Shown here: piece by piece, positions 42,667 through 55,638 of the stretch | How positions within the stretch are numbered: the stretch's first letter is position 1 | Layout of the letters: every line of letters begins with the position of its first letter | Assembly: GCA_002269645.1 (NCBI GenBank) | Contig: NIVC01002507.1 | Span: 2,281 to 66,280 of the forward strand | Length of the DNA stretch: 64,000 nt | From: Macrostomum lignano | Lineage: Eukaryota | Direction of reading: 5' to 3' | Notes under the pieces: model-generated | Told to the model about the DNA's origin: nothing | What the model saw: only the letters and a program-made list of their open reading frames with translations | Databases searched by the model: none | Program-made: the position numbers and the translations under genes

Positions 42667-43215
42667 ATGTTTCACATTCCCCAGAGTTCACATTCCCCAG
42701 ATTTCACATTCCCCAGAGTTCACATTCCCCAGAGTTCACATTCCCCAGAGTTCACATTCCCCAGATTTCACATTCCCCAGAGTTCACATTCCCCAGAGTT
42801 CACATTCCCCAGAGTTCACATTCCCCAGATTTTACATTCCCCAGAGTTCACATTCCCCAGAGTTTACATTCCCCAGAGTTCACATTCACCAGAATTCCCA
42901 TTTCCCAGATTTTGCATAACCAGTTTTCACATTCCCCAGATTTCAAATTCCGCAGATTTCAAATTTCCCAGATCAAATTCCGCATATTTCACATTCCCCA
43001 GATTTCACATTCCGCAGATTTCAAATTCCGCAGATTTCACATTCACCAGATTTCACATTCCCCCAGTGTTCACATTCACCAGAATTCCCATTCCCCAGAT
43101 TTTGCATCAACAGATTTCACATTTCCCAGATTTAACATTCCTTGCATTTCACACTCACCATATTTCACATTCCCAAGATTTTACGTTCCCAAAATTTTAC
43201 ATTCCCCATATTTCT
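42667..43215. repeat. Expanded 15-bp minisatellite (TTCACATTCCCCAGA)
   Basis: Tandem units visible; they generate the FHIPQSSHSPEFT-type ORFs. Confidence 0.85.
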
Positions 43216-44489
43216 CCGGCGTCGCAATAAACAACAATACAGCAGCACAGGGCGCGCCTCTGGGTCAGGTCGCAAAGGAGGGCCACGTCGACGACTGAAT
43301 CCAGGGCGCAGGCGTCAGACAGCAGGCAGGAGACAAGGCGCGAACCCGCGATACGCGGCCTGCCTGCCTGCTTGTGCCAGCTGGACGCCACCCTCACCCA
43401 TGTACGTAGGAAAAACCCAGAGCTATTTTTAGCAACACATCTATAGAGAGCCATCTGCATGTGCAAGTACAAGGGATTCTCTGGCCTGTGCGGAACGCTC
43501 CTTGATTTTTAAACGTTATTAACAGGTTTTTTCCCTATTATCTTCTGCTTCCATGGCAGAAAGACTTCAAACACACCGGCCTCTAAGGCCCTATTATGAG
43601 TGCGAGGCTCACAGCTCAGAATTCGCAGTAATGAACACTTCAAGGCAGTGTATCTTATAATCAACTAAAACTAATCAACTAATGAATAGTTTGAGCGGGG
43701 TAGGGTTAGCGCTCACGCAGTTTCTCTCTGTGCTGTTTTTATGGCAATTATCAACCCCCGCCTCTCAACACATTTTGCTGCGAGTCTTCTGTGTCACGCG
43801 TTCGCAGGCTGCTGGCTTGGCCCTCAAATCTCAGATTCGTTATTGTCATTTGGGCATTGAGATCGGCTTTCATAAGCTGGTCTGTTTGAATAGGTTTGAT
43901 CAAGATGAGTAGAGGTTGTTGTTTTTTCCACTTCGATGCAAGCGCTTTTCCGGTGCTTACAGACAGGTATTAAAAGAATGAAAGAAACTGCAAATGATAA
44001 CACGAACAAGTTTTGTAACTTAGATACTTACTGAATGTTATCTTACTTTTTATTTTCTTTCTTTCTAATCTCTTTCCACTTTCTTACTAATCTCTTCTTT
44101 GATTAAAAAGATCAGGAGCGTGGCCACGGAAGGGCCAAAGGGCGATCCGACCCTCCAAATAGGCTGGCAAAGCTAATGGCTGAGTACCTACTGACTTGGC
44201 GCCTCTTCAGCAGGTTTGGCGCTTCTTTTCCCAATTCTAGCAGTTCCCCCGACCACCACTTTGGCTACTTTGGCCCCAACAACAGCCCTTGGTGCTGGCG
44301 CCCCTTGGTGCTGACTCTCATTGGCCCAAAAGTACCGGGGTGATAACGGAATGCTTGAGATACCAGCTGAGGATGTCCAGCAGCTTGCCTACTGGATCTC
44401 GCTTGATCATCGAAACTAGATAAATTTGCAACAGCGTGTCTATAGTCACCTGGTGCCACCTGTGGAAGGTCCAGAAGCTCCGCCTGGGC

Positions 44490-44826
44490 GATGAGGAAGT
44501 GAAGCTGGATTTCGAGTAATCAGACTCCATAATTATGGATAGTTTGGTCTCTTTTGCAAGCGCGGCTATTGGCTGATCAAATACGAGCTAGAGTTGACTG
44601 GCGAACCAAAATCAGACTCATTCTTTTAGGACTGCGACTTGCTTGTTCTTAGCTCGTATTCTGCAGTTGGCTGGGCAGCCGCAAGCATCCAGCTGAGCAC
44701 AGGTTGGCTCGAGTTTTCTCTCTTAATTATCATCTCTTGTTGGCTCTTATCATCAATGATAAGATTGACAGTTCTGAGTGAGTCACAGAAGACTGAGGAG
44801 TTTGTACTCAAAGCAGTATGGTTTCT
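44490..44826 (-). pseudogene. Copy F: remnant of the last exon with the TM segment deleted
   Basis: Homologous to exon 6 (TNSSVFCDSLRTVNL, SSQPVLSWMLAAAQP) and to the downstream conserved block. Exons 1-5 are absent. Confidence 0.65.
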
Positions 44827-44845
44827 ATGGTACGTTTGGTACTTT

Positions 44846-45499
44846 TGGCAGTCAAATTGTGGCAGTCAAATTGTGGCAGTCAAATTGTGGCAGTCAAATT
44901 GTGGCAGTCAAATTGTGGCAGTCAAATTGTGGCAGTCAAATTGTGGCAGTCAAATTGTGGCAGTCAAATTGTGGCAGTCAAATTGTGGCAGTCAAATTGT
45001 GGCAGTCAAATTGTGGCAGTCAAATTGTGGCAGTCAAATTGTGGCAGTCAAATTGTGGCAGTCAAATTGTGGCAGTCAAATTGTGGCAGTCAAATTGTGG
45101 CAGTCAAATTGTGGCAGTCAAATTGTGGCAGTCAAATTGTGGCAGTCAAATTGTGGCAGTCAAATTGTGGCAGTCAAATTGTGGCAGTCAAATTGTGGCA
45201 GTCAAATTGTGGCAGTCAAATTGTGGCAGTCAAATTGTGGCAGTCAAATTGTGGCAGTCAAATTGTGGCAGTCAAATTGTGGCAGTCAAATTGTGGCAGT
45301 CAAATTGTGGCAGTCAAATTGTGGCAGTCAAATTGTGGCAGTCAAATTGTGGCAGTCAAATTGTGGCAGTCAAATTGTGGCAGTCAAATTGTGGCAGTCA
45401 AATTGTGGCAGTCAAATTGTGGCAGTCAAATTGTGGCAGTCAAATTGTGGCAGTCAAATTGTGGCAGTCAAATTGTGGCAGTCAAATTGTGGCAGTCAA
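44846..45499. repeat. 14-bp satellite (GGCAGTCAAATTGT) x ~47
   Basis: Perfect tandem array occupying the position of exons 1-5 of copy F. Confidence 0.97.
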
Positions 45500-47390
45500 C
45501 TGCCACAGACTCAACTAAATGTGCACGAAACTTAACTCATTGTCTCTGTGTACTAACCAAGAGAAGTTTCTCTGCTTCTTGCAATATTTGCAAATTTTGA
45601 TGGGGGGTAGCAACCGTGGCAAACGCATGATTTTATTTACAGGTGAAGCTGCGGTAACTCTGTGGCAAGTCCAAGTGAAACCCACGGCTTTTCCGCGGAT
45701 TTTTCTTCTGTGAATAAGTCTCCAAGTACTTTTAAAAGGTCATTCCATGGCTTTTCCATGGAAATTTAGCCGATACAATACAGGAATGCGGATCTATGCC
45801 GCCGAGTACTATGCGAGGAAAGAGAAGCAGAAGGACGCACGCTTCTTGTACCAAAGCAGTTTCCAAAGCAGCATGTACTGTTCGCTGTACGCCTCCCCCC
45901 CCCCAAAGTCAAGTGCTGTACAAAAAAGGAACTTCAGTTTTGTTCCAAGTTACTTTAGATTTTTTTGTTGTTATTTTGAAAGGTTGCGAAATAAATGAAT
46001 ACGCAATATATGGTACAGTTCCCACAAAAAGTTCGTAGTTAATAGACTCATCTCACGGCTCAAAGCACTCAACTGCAAGGAATAAGATTATAAGCATGTG
46101 AAATTACGTCTGAGTCCGGCGGATGTCCCTCTCGTCTAAACTAAGGGATTAAAAGTTTATTTTTGTAATCTTTCTTTTAGTTTAGTTTCACAACTGCGAG
46201 CTCAAGGTACTGTACGTGTGGTGCACAAACAGCATTAATTTCGCTGCTCTCATTTTGTACCTTAGGCGGACATCTTAAGCTAGAATTTTCGGGCACTGGG
46301 TATGTTTCAAATTACCCCATATTTCATATTTTCCAGATTTCACATCCCTGAATTTTACATTTCTTACATTTTACATTCCCCAAATATTACGTTCCCAAAT
46401 TCTACATTTCTTTGATTTCCCTGGCTTCGTAAAGAAGCATCAATAAGATTACGCTGTCAGATTACTTAGACGGCAGCGGCACAGGGCGCGCCTCTGGACC
46501 AGGTCGTGAAGGAATGTCACGTCGCCGACCGAATCCGGTACATTGGCGTCAGCCAGCAGGCTGCAAACAAGGCGCGAAGCCATGATACGCGGCCTGCCTG
46601 CTTGTGCCAGCTGGACGCCGCCCTCACCCCATGTACGCAGGGGCGAACCCCAGAGCTATTTTTAGCAACACATCTGTAGAGTACAACTTGGGGATTCTCT
46701 GGTCTTTTCTGAACGCTCCTTGATTTTTAAAACGTTATTAACAAATTTTTTTCCTGTTATCTTATTATTGCATCGCTGAAGGACTTTCAAACACACTGGC
46801 CTCCAAAAGCCCTATTATGAGCGCGAGGCTCACAGCTCAGAATTCGCAGTACCGAATATTATTCAAAGCAGTGTATCTTATAGTCAACAAGAACGCATAG
46901 GCACAATGCAGAAAATGAATATTTTGAGTTGGATAGAGTTAGCGCTCCTGCAGTTTCTCTCTGTGCTGTTGTTAAGGCAACCATCAACCCCTGCATTTTG
47001 CTGGGAGTCTGTGTCACGCGTTCGTAGGCTGCTAGCTTGGCCCTCAAATCTCAGCTTCGTTATTGTCCTTTGGGAATTGAGGTCGGCTTTCTTAAGCTGG
47101 TCTGTTTGGATAGCTTCATGGTCAAGACGAGTAGAGGTCGTTGTTTTTCCACTTCGATGCAAGCTCTTCTCACCACCAAGCTCTTTTTCGGTGCTTACAG
47201 CTATTAAAAGAATAAAAGAAACTGCAGATGACAAAATAAACATATTTTGTAACTTATATACTAATTTTAATTATCTTACCTTCTATTTTCCTTCTATCTA
47301 ATTTCTTTCCACTTTCTTATCAATCTCTTCTTTGATTAAAAAAGATCAGAAGCGTGGCCAGGGAAGGGCCCTCCAAAAAGGCTGGCAAAA

Positions 47391-47581
47391 CTAAAGCCCC
47401 TTGGTGCTAAAGCCCCTTGGTGCTAAAGCCCCTTGGTGCTAAAGCCCCTTGGTGCTAAAGCCCCTTGGTGCTAAAGCCCCTTGGTGCTAAAGCCCCTTGG
47501 TGCTAAAGCCCCTTGGTGCTAAAGCCCCTTGGTGCTAAAGCCCCTTGGTGCTAAAGCCCCTTGGTGCTAAAGCCCCTTGGT
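47391..47581. repeat. 16-bp tandem repeat (GCTAAAGCCCCTTGGT) x ~12
   Basis: Directly visible. Confidence 0.92.
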
Positions 47582-50500
47582 CCTGGCGCCTCTCATTGCA
47601 GTCGTCCCTGAAAGGCACAGCCCCAATAAAAACCCTAGCTGAAAACCCTGATACGATAAACTCCAAACCAGGTCCGGGAATTTTAGAACTTGACGATAAA
47701 ACATTTCCGTCGAATTCTGACTCCCACCCACTGGGTAGAGATGCAGCTTCAAGACACTTTGTACAAAGAAATGAAGCCCGAACACTAACTACATCTAGAT
47801 TTAATACTCTGTTGTCTAAAGAATAAAAAAGGTTAAATTCGATTCATTCTAATAATCCCGTACAGAAATCCGACACACGTGACGCCGCAGGTAAACGCAG
47901 GTACTTTTACAATACAGGGACGTTCAGCCAACGTCGTTATTCGTCGGTGCAATGCGCCCATTTGTCGGATTCTATGGGCACTCGGTTATGATCTTTTCAT
48001 AATGAAATGCATTCAATACATTCAATTATTCTTCCCTGTTATTCTACTTACCTTTATTCTTATTCAACTCAGGGATGACTTACAGGCAGTTTTTCGATGC
48101 CTACTCATCAAGAATATTCTTGAAAGCAGCTCTCTGACTACCGTAATCACCGATAATTGAGATATTAGATTGCACAATTCTTGAATTACTGCGTTTCTGC
48201 TGGATTGTTCAAATGACAGGTAAATCAGTTTTTTATTATACGCTCGTAAATTCACACTAATTCAGGTACACTTGCATTAAAATCATAAATTTTGCAAAAT
48301 GTTAAGTATACAACTGCTACGAGTAGATTAGTGCGAAACACTCAGTCTCAATGCACTCGTTTATCAGCCACTATTTAATTAACTCAGCTAAAATGCATTC
48401 TAAACAGTCTACCATCATTTCAAACTTCGTTAACGGTAGTGAATAGATAAAGAGTGACAAACATTAGTAAATATGCTTTAGGGAGCAACTTTGGGAAGCA
48501 ATGAATGCCAAATAATAAAATGTACAGAAAGTTTACACATAAAATAAACATTACAATGCCCGATGCGAGCGTACGAGCGTATTTGCAGTGCGTTCCATAT
48601 TTATACAGCAAAGTTATTATTCTGCAACAAAAGCGGCATATTTACAAAGCAATTAACTGTTATATATAGCAGCATGTTTCTCACTCAGTGGGCTGTGTTG
48701 AAGCTCTTCATTGAACTTCCGAAGACTTTCTTTTTGCTGCTCAGGAGGCAATTAAAAGATTTTACTTTTTAGTTCACAAGTTAACAGCAGCAGCAACATC
48801 CCCAAAATACGGTTTTGTTGGATCTTCCGATGAGTAAGTGAAACTTGATTTCGGCTGATCAGACTCAACTTAGTCTGAGTTATGGATAATTCTGTATCTG
48901 TTGCTAGCTCTGTTATTGGCTGCTATTTTTCAAACTTTATATGCATTTTTCAAGCAGGAGAACACTAATAATTTTGCTCCGGTCATGGGGAGTCACTCAG
49001 ACGGAATTCGTCGCACTCTCGAAAATGCCCGTCGTGCAGGTAAAAGCCTTTGGTTTTCTATTCCTTAAAAACATAAATTAATACTCGCAGCTTTTCTTGC
49101 CGGCTTGATGCTGCCGTCAGGACATGTACAGTACATAAGTATACAATATTACAATTATGACATGGTAATTTCAGTCGGTTGGTTATGACATTCCGAATTT
49201 GTAAAATCAATGCAGCAGCTACAGCCTATTTAATTAAGCTACAGCATATTTATGCAAATAATCAATTTTCCCTACAGAATTTTTACAATCTTACAGCTGC
49301 ATCATTATTAAGTTTCATAATTATTCTTCTTCCTCATTTTTGTTGTATTTATTTTTATTTAATTTAGGCATTAATTTAAGGAAGTTTTTCGATTGCCTAC
49401 TTTCTAGATTATTCTTGGAAGTACGACGTATCTCTCTGACTACCTTAATCATCATTCACTTAGTTATCAGCTTGCATAATTCTTGAATAGCTTCATTTCT
49501 GCTGGATTCTTAAAGTGACAGGTTAATCAATATTTTTTTTATAAAATTTCGTTGGCATTTGCAGCAATATACGCTTGTAAATTCACACCAATTACAAACT
49601 TGAGTTTCGCAGACAGATAAAAAGATAAACTACAGATAAGATGAGATACAGATAAAATGGTTAGGTTAGTAGGTCAAATGTTAAACAATGCCCAAAATTG
49701 TTCATGCACTCGTTTTTTCACCACTGTTTAATTCAGCAACAAACTAAGCAGTCAATCCTTATTCCACACATCTTTCGCGTTATAGTGCAGTGAAAAAATC
49801 AGATGTGTGGAAGGATAAGGTAAAGCAGTAAATGAATTGTAAGTAAATGAAATATTTATAATTTGTTGCATAATAGTGACAGCATAAGTATACAGTGATC
49901 ACTCGCAGCTGGCAGGCCACGTCATCTGCGCCGAGGCCTACTGTCCGGAGCCGGTGCAGGAGGTGCTGCTACTTACGTTGCAGGCACCCTACCGGCGGGA
50001 CAGCGAGGACTCGGCGCTACGTCGACTTTCTGCGTTCCCTTCGAAGTCTGCGTTCGCTAAGCTTCGAAGAGCGCCATCTGACGCTGCTTTTTGCGAACCG
50101 GCAGCGTACTCTGTTGTTGTTGTTGTTGTAGCCTTTGTCAGGTTGATGGGTGTCACTACGTCCGTAATGGGCACATGGGTTGACTTTGAATTTTACCCCG
50201 GGATTCAGCTACGACGTCTGAGGCGCGACGAACCAAAGATTTTTCAGAGTCGGATTGGCAGACCTCAAACCTTCCTCCTTTTTCAACCGGGCTTAAGAGC
50301 GTTGCTGCTGTATATTGAAGGTTCTTCTTGTGCCTTCTTCTCACAAAAAGTAGCGTCGCAGTAAAGATAAGTGCTAACAGAGTCGTAGCAAAAGCTCCAA
50401 GCAGAACCATGCTCAGCACACTCATCTCTTCAAGACTGGGACTTAGTCTCTTCTTAGACTTAGACTTAGTCCCTTCAGTCTGTTCTTCTTCCGCAGCCGG

Positions 50501-52799
50501 CTGGGCAGCCGCAAGCATCCAGCTGAGCACAGGTTGACTTGAGTTTCCGCATCTGTTTCCTGCCGCATCCGGGAAGCTGATCAGAGCCGTAAGCTGCTCA
50601 CTGCAGTCCGTGAAGCTCACCAGCCCGAGTACGTCACCATCAATGGTAAGATTGACAGCTCTGAGCGAGCCGCAGGAGACTGAGGAGTTCTTAGTCTCGA
50701 CAACATGGTACCTGGAATTCAAGTGTCAGGAGTTTGTGATTTGTATGTGACTTGACTAGCAAGCAAGGTTAACAAAATTTTGAGACTGCTGATTCTCAAG
50801 TCAAGAAACTCACAGCTTATCAGCATCCTCGAACTCAGCTATTTTGCAGCCAGCTTCTGCCCCGCAGTTCAGGTAGAATACCTTCTTGGTCCTGTGCTCA
50901 TAGAACAGTCCGATGCGAAGCCTCTGAGCGAGATTCAGCGGCTCCTTGCTGCGGGTGCTCAGGCCGGAGCCGACGCGAGTTCGCTGGCCTGGAGCCGGTG
51001 TTCAAGGGGAGTGAAATTGTGCAAAAGTTAAGGTGTGCGGTCTACAACCCAAGGTAAACAGCGATGTTCAGTAAAGGACACTGCATGCGTTCAATAAGCT
51101 GGCAACGAAAGCCATTTCTAAGTTACTGCAGGCGTGGAATTTACCGGTACATCTCTCGTGCGTTACTGCTCCTATTGTGGGTTTTGCGGCGGTTTAACAT
51201 AACGGCTTTGTGGGCCTGAAACTTGTGAATATTATTCGATAATAATATGAAAACTATCGATATAAAAGTAAGTGCAGGACAACTTTATGTTTCTGATTAT
51301 AGCGCTATCTGGTATCATGGGCCATATTATTGATGCTGTGTGAAGCATGCATATTGCAAAAATTATGTAGCTTAGGCCATAGGAGCTTGGGGTATGAGAT
51401 GCAACAGCAAATAAAACGACGGTTTGTAACTTGAAAACTTTATTGAAATAAGAGCGTATTTGGAAATGCAGTTTTTAATTTGCATTAATTATTATTAATT
51501 AATTTGAAAATTCGCCAATTAATTCGGCTTAAATTACCTACAGAGTGTGATTAAACCTTTTAATCATTGTCTTGATTATGATTGGCAATCTGGTGAAAAA
51601 TGTTTTTTTCAGTGGCGAAAATGAGCATTTTTGAGCAATTGTTCAAATTTGATGCATACGCTCGTACACCGCAGCACAATTATCAAGGCAAAACTTCTGG
51701 CTACGCATGCATTCTTTCTTTACCTGCGCTGTTACGTTGTAATAAGCTTTAAATATTGATTTGGTACTGACATGGCGGGTACAAGACCTGAATTTACCAG
51801 TTTTCTTGACCCGAAATGTTACTGTACTCTAAAATTTGGTGATAGACTTCAAGTTGATTCAATGCAAGCTGCACGCCACAGACATTAACGGTAAGGAATA
51901 CCTCAGGGAATTTCTCAGTTAAAATTTCTCAGGGAAAGGCTCATTCGCACTCATTCTCAGGAGCCATTAAATTCAATAGCTAATGTGCAATGGAATATAG
52001 AATTTTACTTCATTTGATTGCAATTTAAATAAGCTTTTGTAGTGTAATTTAAGGTGCTATTTCTAAGATGGCTTTGTTTTTATCCCTAATCCATTCCTGA
52101 CATGCATGTAGTATATTGAGGGAAGTTCACTAACACAGCAGCACTCAGCCCTGTTTTAAGATATATAGTCTTCATGTACTAGTAATTCGTACATTATTGT
52201 TTCATTTCGCTAAGTGTTTGTAAAGCCACCGGCTCACTCAGCTTACTCTCTGTGACGAAGTTCTGCAGAGCCTCCGAGCTGTTGAAGCTGGCGAGCCTCA
52301 TGACTCCGCTGTCAGCGCTCATCGCAGCCAGCTCAGCAGTCAGGTTCCGACGAACCGATCCAATGGTGTAGCAGTTGCTCTCAAAATTAGTCATGCTTCT
52401 GCAGCAGAATCTTGGCTCCATCAGGCGAATTTGCAGAGCTGGGATATTTGCAGAGCTTCTCCGACTCAACCGGAATGAGACCGTCAGGTAGCTCCTACAG
52501 TTTGATGTAGAGTACAGTGGTTGAGTTCAATTACAGAATTATAGATTTCAAAGAATTGGTCCAGCATCGGGCCAGCTCTGTCGTACCCTTTCGTCAGTTG
52601 CAGCACGTGCAGCATCTCCAGCTCCACTGGCTTTGGCTCGCTTGTTGAAGGCGACGAGCAAGTCGCTGGAAATGCATTGGGATTTGTATTGCCAGGGTTA
52701 GAATTGAAGTGTTTGACTGGTTTTATCGAGTTCCAGCTGGCAGTCAGCAGCATGGGTAAAAACCCACTGACTGCTTGCTCACAGATGCCATTCGACTTT

Positions 52800-55240
52800 A
52801 TCCCCGCCAACACTGATGGCATGCCATGGGTCTCATTTAACCATACACTGAGAATACGTGTCTGTGGCCTAGATGGTTTAGCATTAATATGACTTTCTCG
52901 ACATCCCCATAAGTCACGGATGGCACGCTGTGCGTACCATGTTATTTTTTCGTAATTTTTCAACTACATGTATATATTTGACTGCAAGTACTGGATAGAA
53001 AACAAAAACTATAAAAAAGGACAACAACAGAACAAAAAACAATTAGGTAAACAATATTTAATGCATCGATGAGGCATTTAGGAGGAGCGTATTCTGAATT
53101 TATTTGAATTTCGTATTCTGAACGTAATTAAGTTTTGCACCGTACCACCAGTGCAACTACTGTGCTGCTGCAGTGTGCCAATTCTGAAAGCATGGGACAG
53201 CACACAGCCCGGGCTCTCCTGGGCAACCAGCGCATACGAACACCGTTCTCTTGGCCGCACCATTGGTGTAGCAGACTCTGCATCGCTTTGTCGGCCTCGC
53301 ATTAGCATCTGTCGGCGGCAGCTTCGATGGTGCGTGCTGTGAGACGGCCCTGCGCTTCGATGTATTTAGACGTTTGCCCCCGCTTGTCTGCTCCATGAGA
53401 GTGTGTAGATCGCAGCTTACAAAAATTCAACGAATTTGATATCGCTTCCTCCTTGGCAGTTGCAGATCCAGGCATTACGGACCAACTGCAGTAAAATGTG
53501 GGACCCGAGCTTCTGGTGCCATCTGTAGGTTCTTCTCCCCGCACTGTAAGGCTGCAGTGCTGCATCAAGGCAATGAACGCCTCCCATGTACTTATTGTAC
53601 TGCAGCACCTAATTCGGCTTTAAAACTGACTCCTCCGCTCCGCCTCGGATCACTCGCCTCACTTCCGTGCTTTCAGCAACACCGTGCGTGTCCAAAAAGT
53701 ACACAGTTTTGCGACCGCTTGCCTTCCTGTCTACCAGCTTGACTGCGAGAACATCGCCGCGGCGCATCTGGGAATGACTGACGGGTTGCAGGGGCAGCAC
53801 TTTCAGCTCATTCGGCACACCTCGATTGGGCCTCACCGTCCCAGTCAGTAAGGTACTGCGTTCCAGCAGAAACTGCGCCAGACGGAGCGATGTGAACCAG
53901 CTGTCACAGAAGACCTTGTACCCTAGGTCCAGCAAATTTTTACTCAATTCAACGACGATCTTCTCGCTCATCGACAAATTCCCGCAGTTTAATCCATCTC
54001 CAAACTTGTCGTTATCCTGCTTAGCAGCATGTACATGAAAGTTCCACAGCAAACCTGTCGAAGCTTCCGTCAAGCAGTAGACCTTGCTGCCGAGTCTGAC
54101 ACGCTTGTTGGGCATGAACTGCCGGAAAATGAGCCTGCCCTTGTGCATGACCAGTTCCTCATCGACAGACGCCTCTTGACTTGGGCTGTAATTTGCTTGG
54201 CAAATATGGCGGGCAATGTTAAGAAAACGTCGAATCTTTTTCAAGGAGTCCTGGCGGTTGACGGTGGTGCAGTCGTAAAATCGAAGGACTGATAATATCT
54301 GCACAAACCGATCCCTTCCGGAAGTATTCGCCGCCGTAGAAGTCTCCCATGGACCAGTACATGTGCGTTTCGGGCTTCTTCACAAGACCCATGTACAGAA
54401 CGATTGCTAGAGACTTCTTCACCTCATTGTCGGTACACGGTCTCCAAGTTGATAGCAAATTGGGAAGAGCTCCGTCCTGATCTTCAGCTGTCAAATGTTG
54501 AAGCTCCATTTCAGCTCGGGCGTTGGTCCGAATGGCAGACACCAGATCAGCGGTGAGAAAGTGCTGCAGATAGAATTGCACCTGGGCCATTTTACCTTCA
54601 GGAGCTTGTGCTTGGATGTCTGGGTTCAGGCCAGGTACAGCGAGGAATTCGGGCAGATCGCTGAGACGCGAATCTTCACAATCGCGAATCTTGAGCAGCT
54701 GTCCATTCATTCTCGTTGGCGAACTCGACTCCATGCTCAGCTACTTCCACATTACTCTCATCATCTTCCTCGTCCAGCAACTCTCCATCGACACTCATAT
54801 TCGCTGTCGCTGCCATCGCTGGTGAAAACAGGGGAACCTTCCATAATTGCAATTGCAGCCTCGTCAATGTTATTAGCCATTTTGAGTCTCGCGTAAGGTG
54901 AATTAATTATACAGTAAAGTTCGACAAGTTGTTGGTATGAGGAAAATTGTACTGCATGATTCTGGATTGCTTTTACCATAGAAAGTTTTAAAATAAACTG
55001 TAGTATCAGTCAAGTGCAAGTTTTAGGACAGTTGGAAGCTAGTCAGTATAGTTAAGTAAGCTAGTCAGTATAGTTAAGTAAGCTAGGCAGTATTATCTGT
55101 GGGAATTTGTTGAGCCGTAAATTGACACAGTGCTCTGTGGTAGTGGGAAAGAGATTGAAGCCCCATGGTACGCGTGGCATGCCATCCGTCAATAGTGACT
55201 GTGTGCGGAAAAAAGCTCAGTGCGCTACTGCATTTATGCT
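52800..55240 (-). mobile_element. Decayed piggyBac-family DNA transposon (ends approximate)
   Basis: Inserted relative to copy A intron 2. 26-bp subterminal inverted repeats with 22/26 match (52916-52941 / 55164-55189). TTAA target duplication not resolved. Confidence 0.75.
53157..54880 (-). pseudogene. piggyBac (PGBD-type, DDE_Tnp_1_7-like) transposase, multiply frameshifted
   Basis: Fragments: acidic N-terminus, SVDEELVMHKGR..FRQFMPNKRVRLGSKVY, VFCDSWFTS, GTVRPNRG, YNKYMGGV, and a C-terminal Cys-rich domain CRVC..CAGC..LCAVPCFQNWH. Confidence 0.88.
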
Positions 55241-55270
55241 GATTTTACAACTGCAGTGAGTCAGCTATAC

Positions 55271-55638
55271 GCAGGGCCGTAGCCCAGCGGTAGCGCAGCT
55301 GCTCTGGTGTGCCAGCGACCCAGGCCCGATTCCAAGTGCAGTCACATTAATTTGGGGCTGAATTGGAATCTCGGCTTGGCTCTGCTCGTGCAATTAACGG
55401 CCTTGAGAGCCAACCCCCCAAGGCGCAGTGAAGTGTACATGCCTAACGATAAAATAAAGTTAGGGCCGCTGTACACTCCTGTGTGAGTGTGTGCCTGCGT
55501 ACGTATCCGCGCGCTTGTGTGCCTGCTCAGGGGAGTCGGTGGAACGGGCAGTAATGCCTCTCGCCGGTTGTGTGCCTATGTCACTTAAAGTGCACCAGGG
55601 TGCACACAACCCTCTGCCTATAATAAAAAAATAAAAAA
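55271..55638 (+). mobile_element. tRNA-derived SINE (second family) with a 13-bp TSD
   Basis: TSD GAGTCAGCTATAC at 55258-55270 and 55639-55651. A-box-like TAGCCCAGCGGTA, B-box-like GGCCCGATTCC, A-rich tail. Confidence 0.85.

Noticed and set aside
42667-43298. FHIPQSSHSPEFT-repeat ORFs (also 7524-7992 and 22274-22708)
   Set aside because: Translations of the 15-bp minisatellite; frames are not conserved among copies.
44639-45600. Long ORFs with VKLWQSNCGSQIVA repeats
   Set aside because: Artefact of a stop-free 14-bp satellite, open in all three frames.
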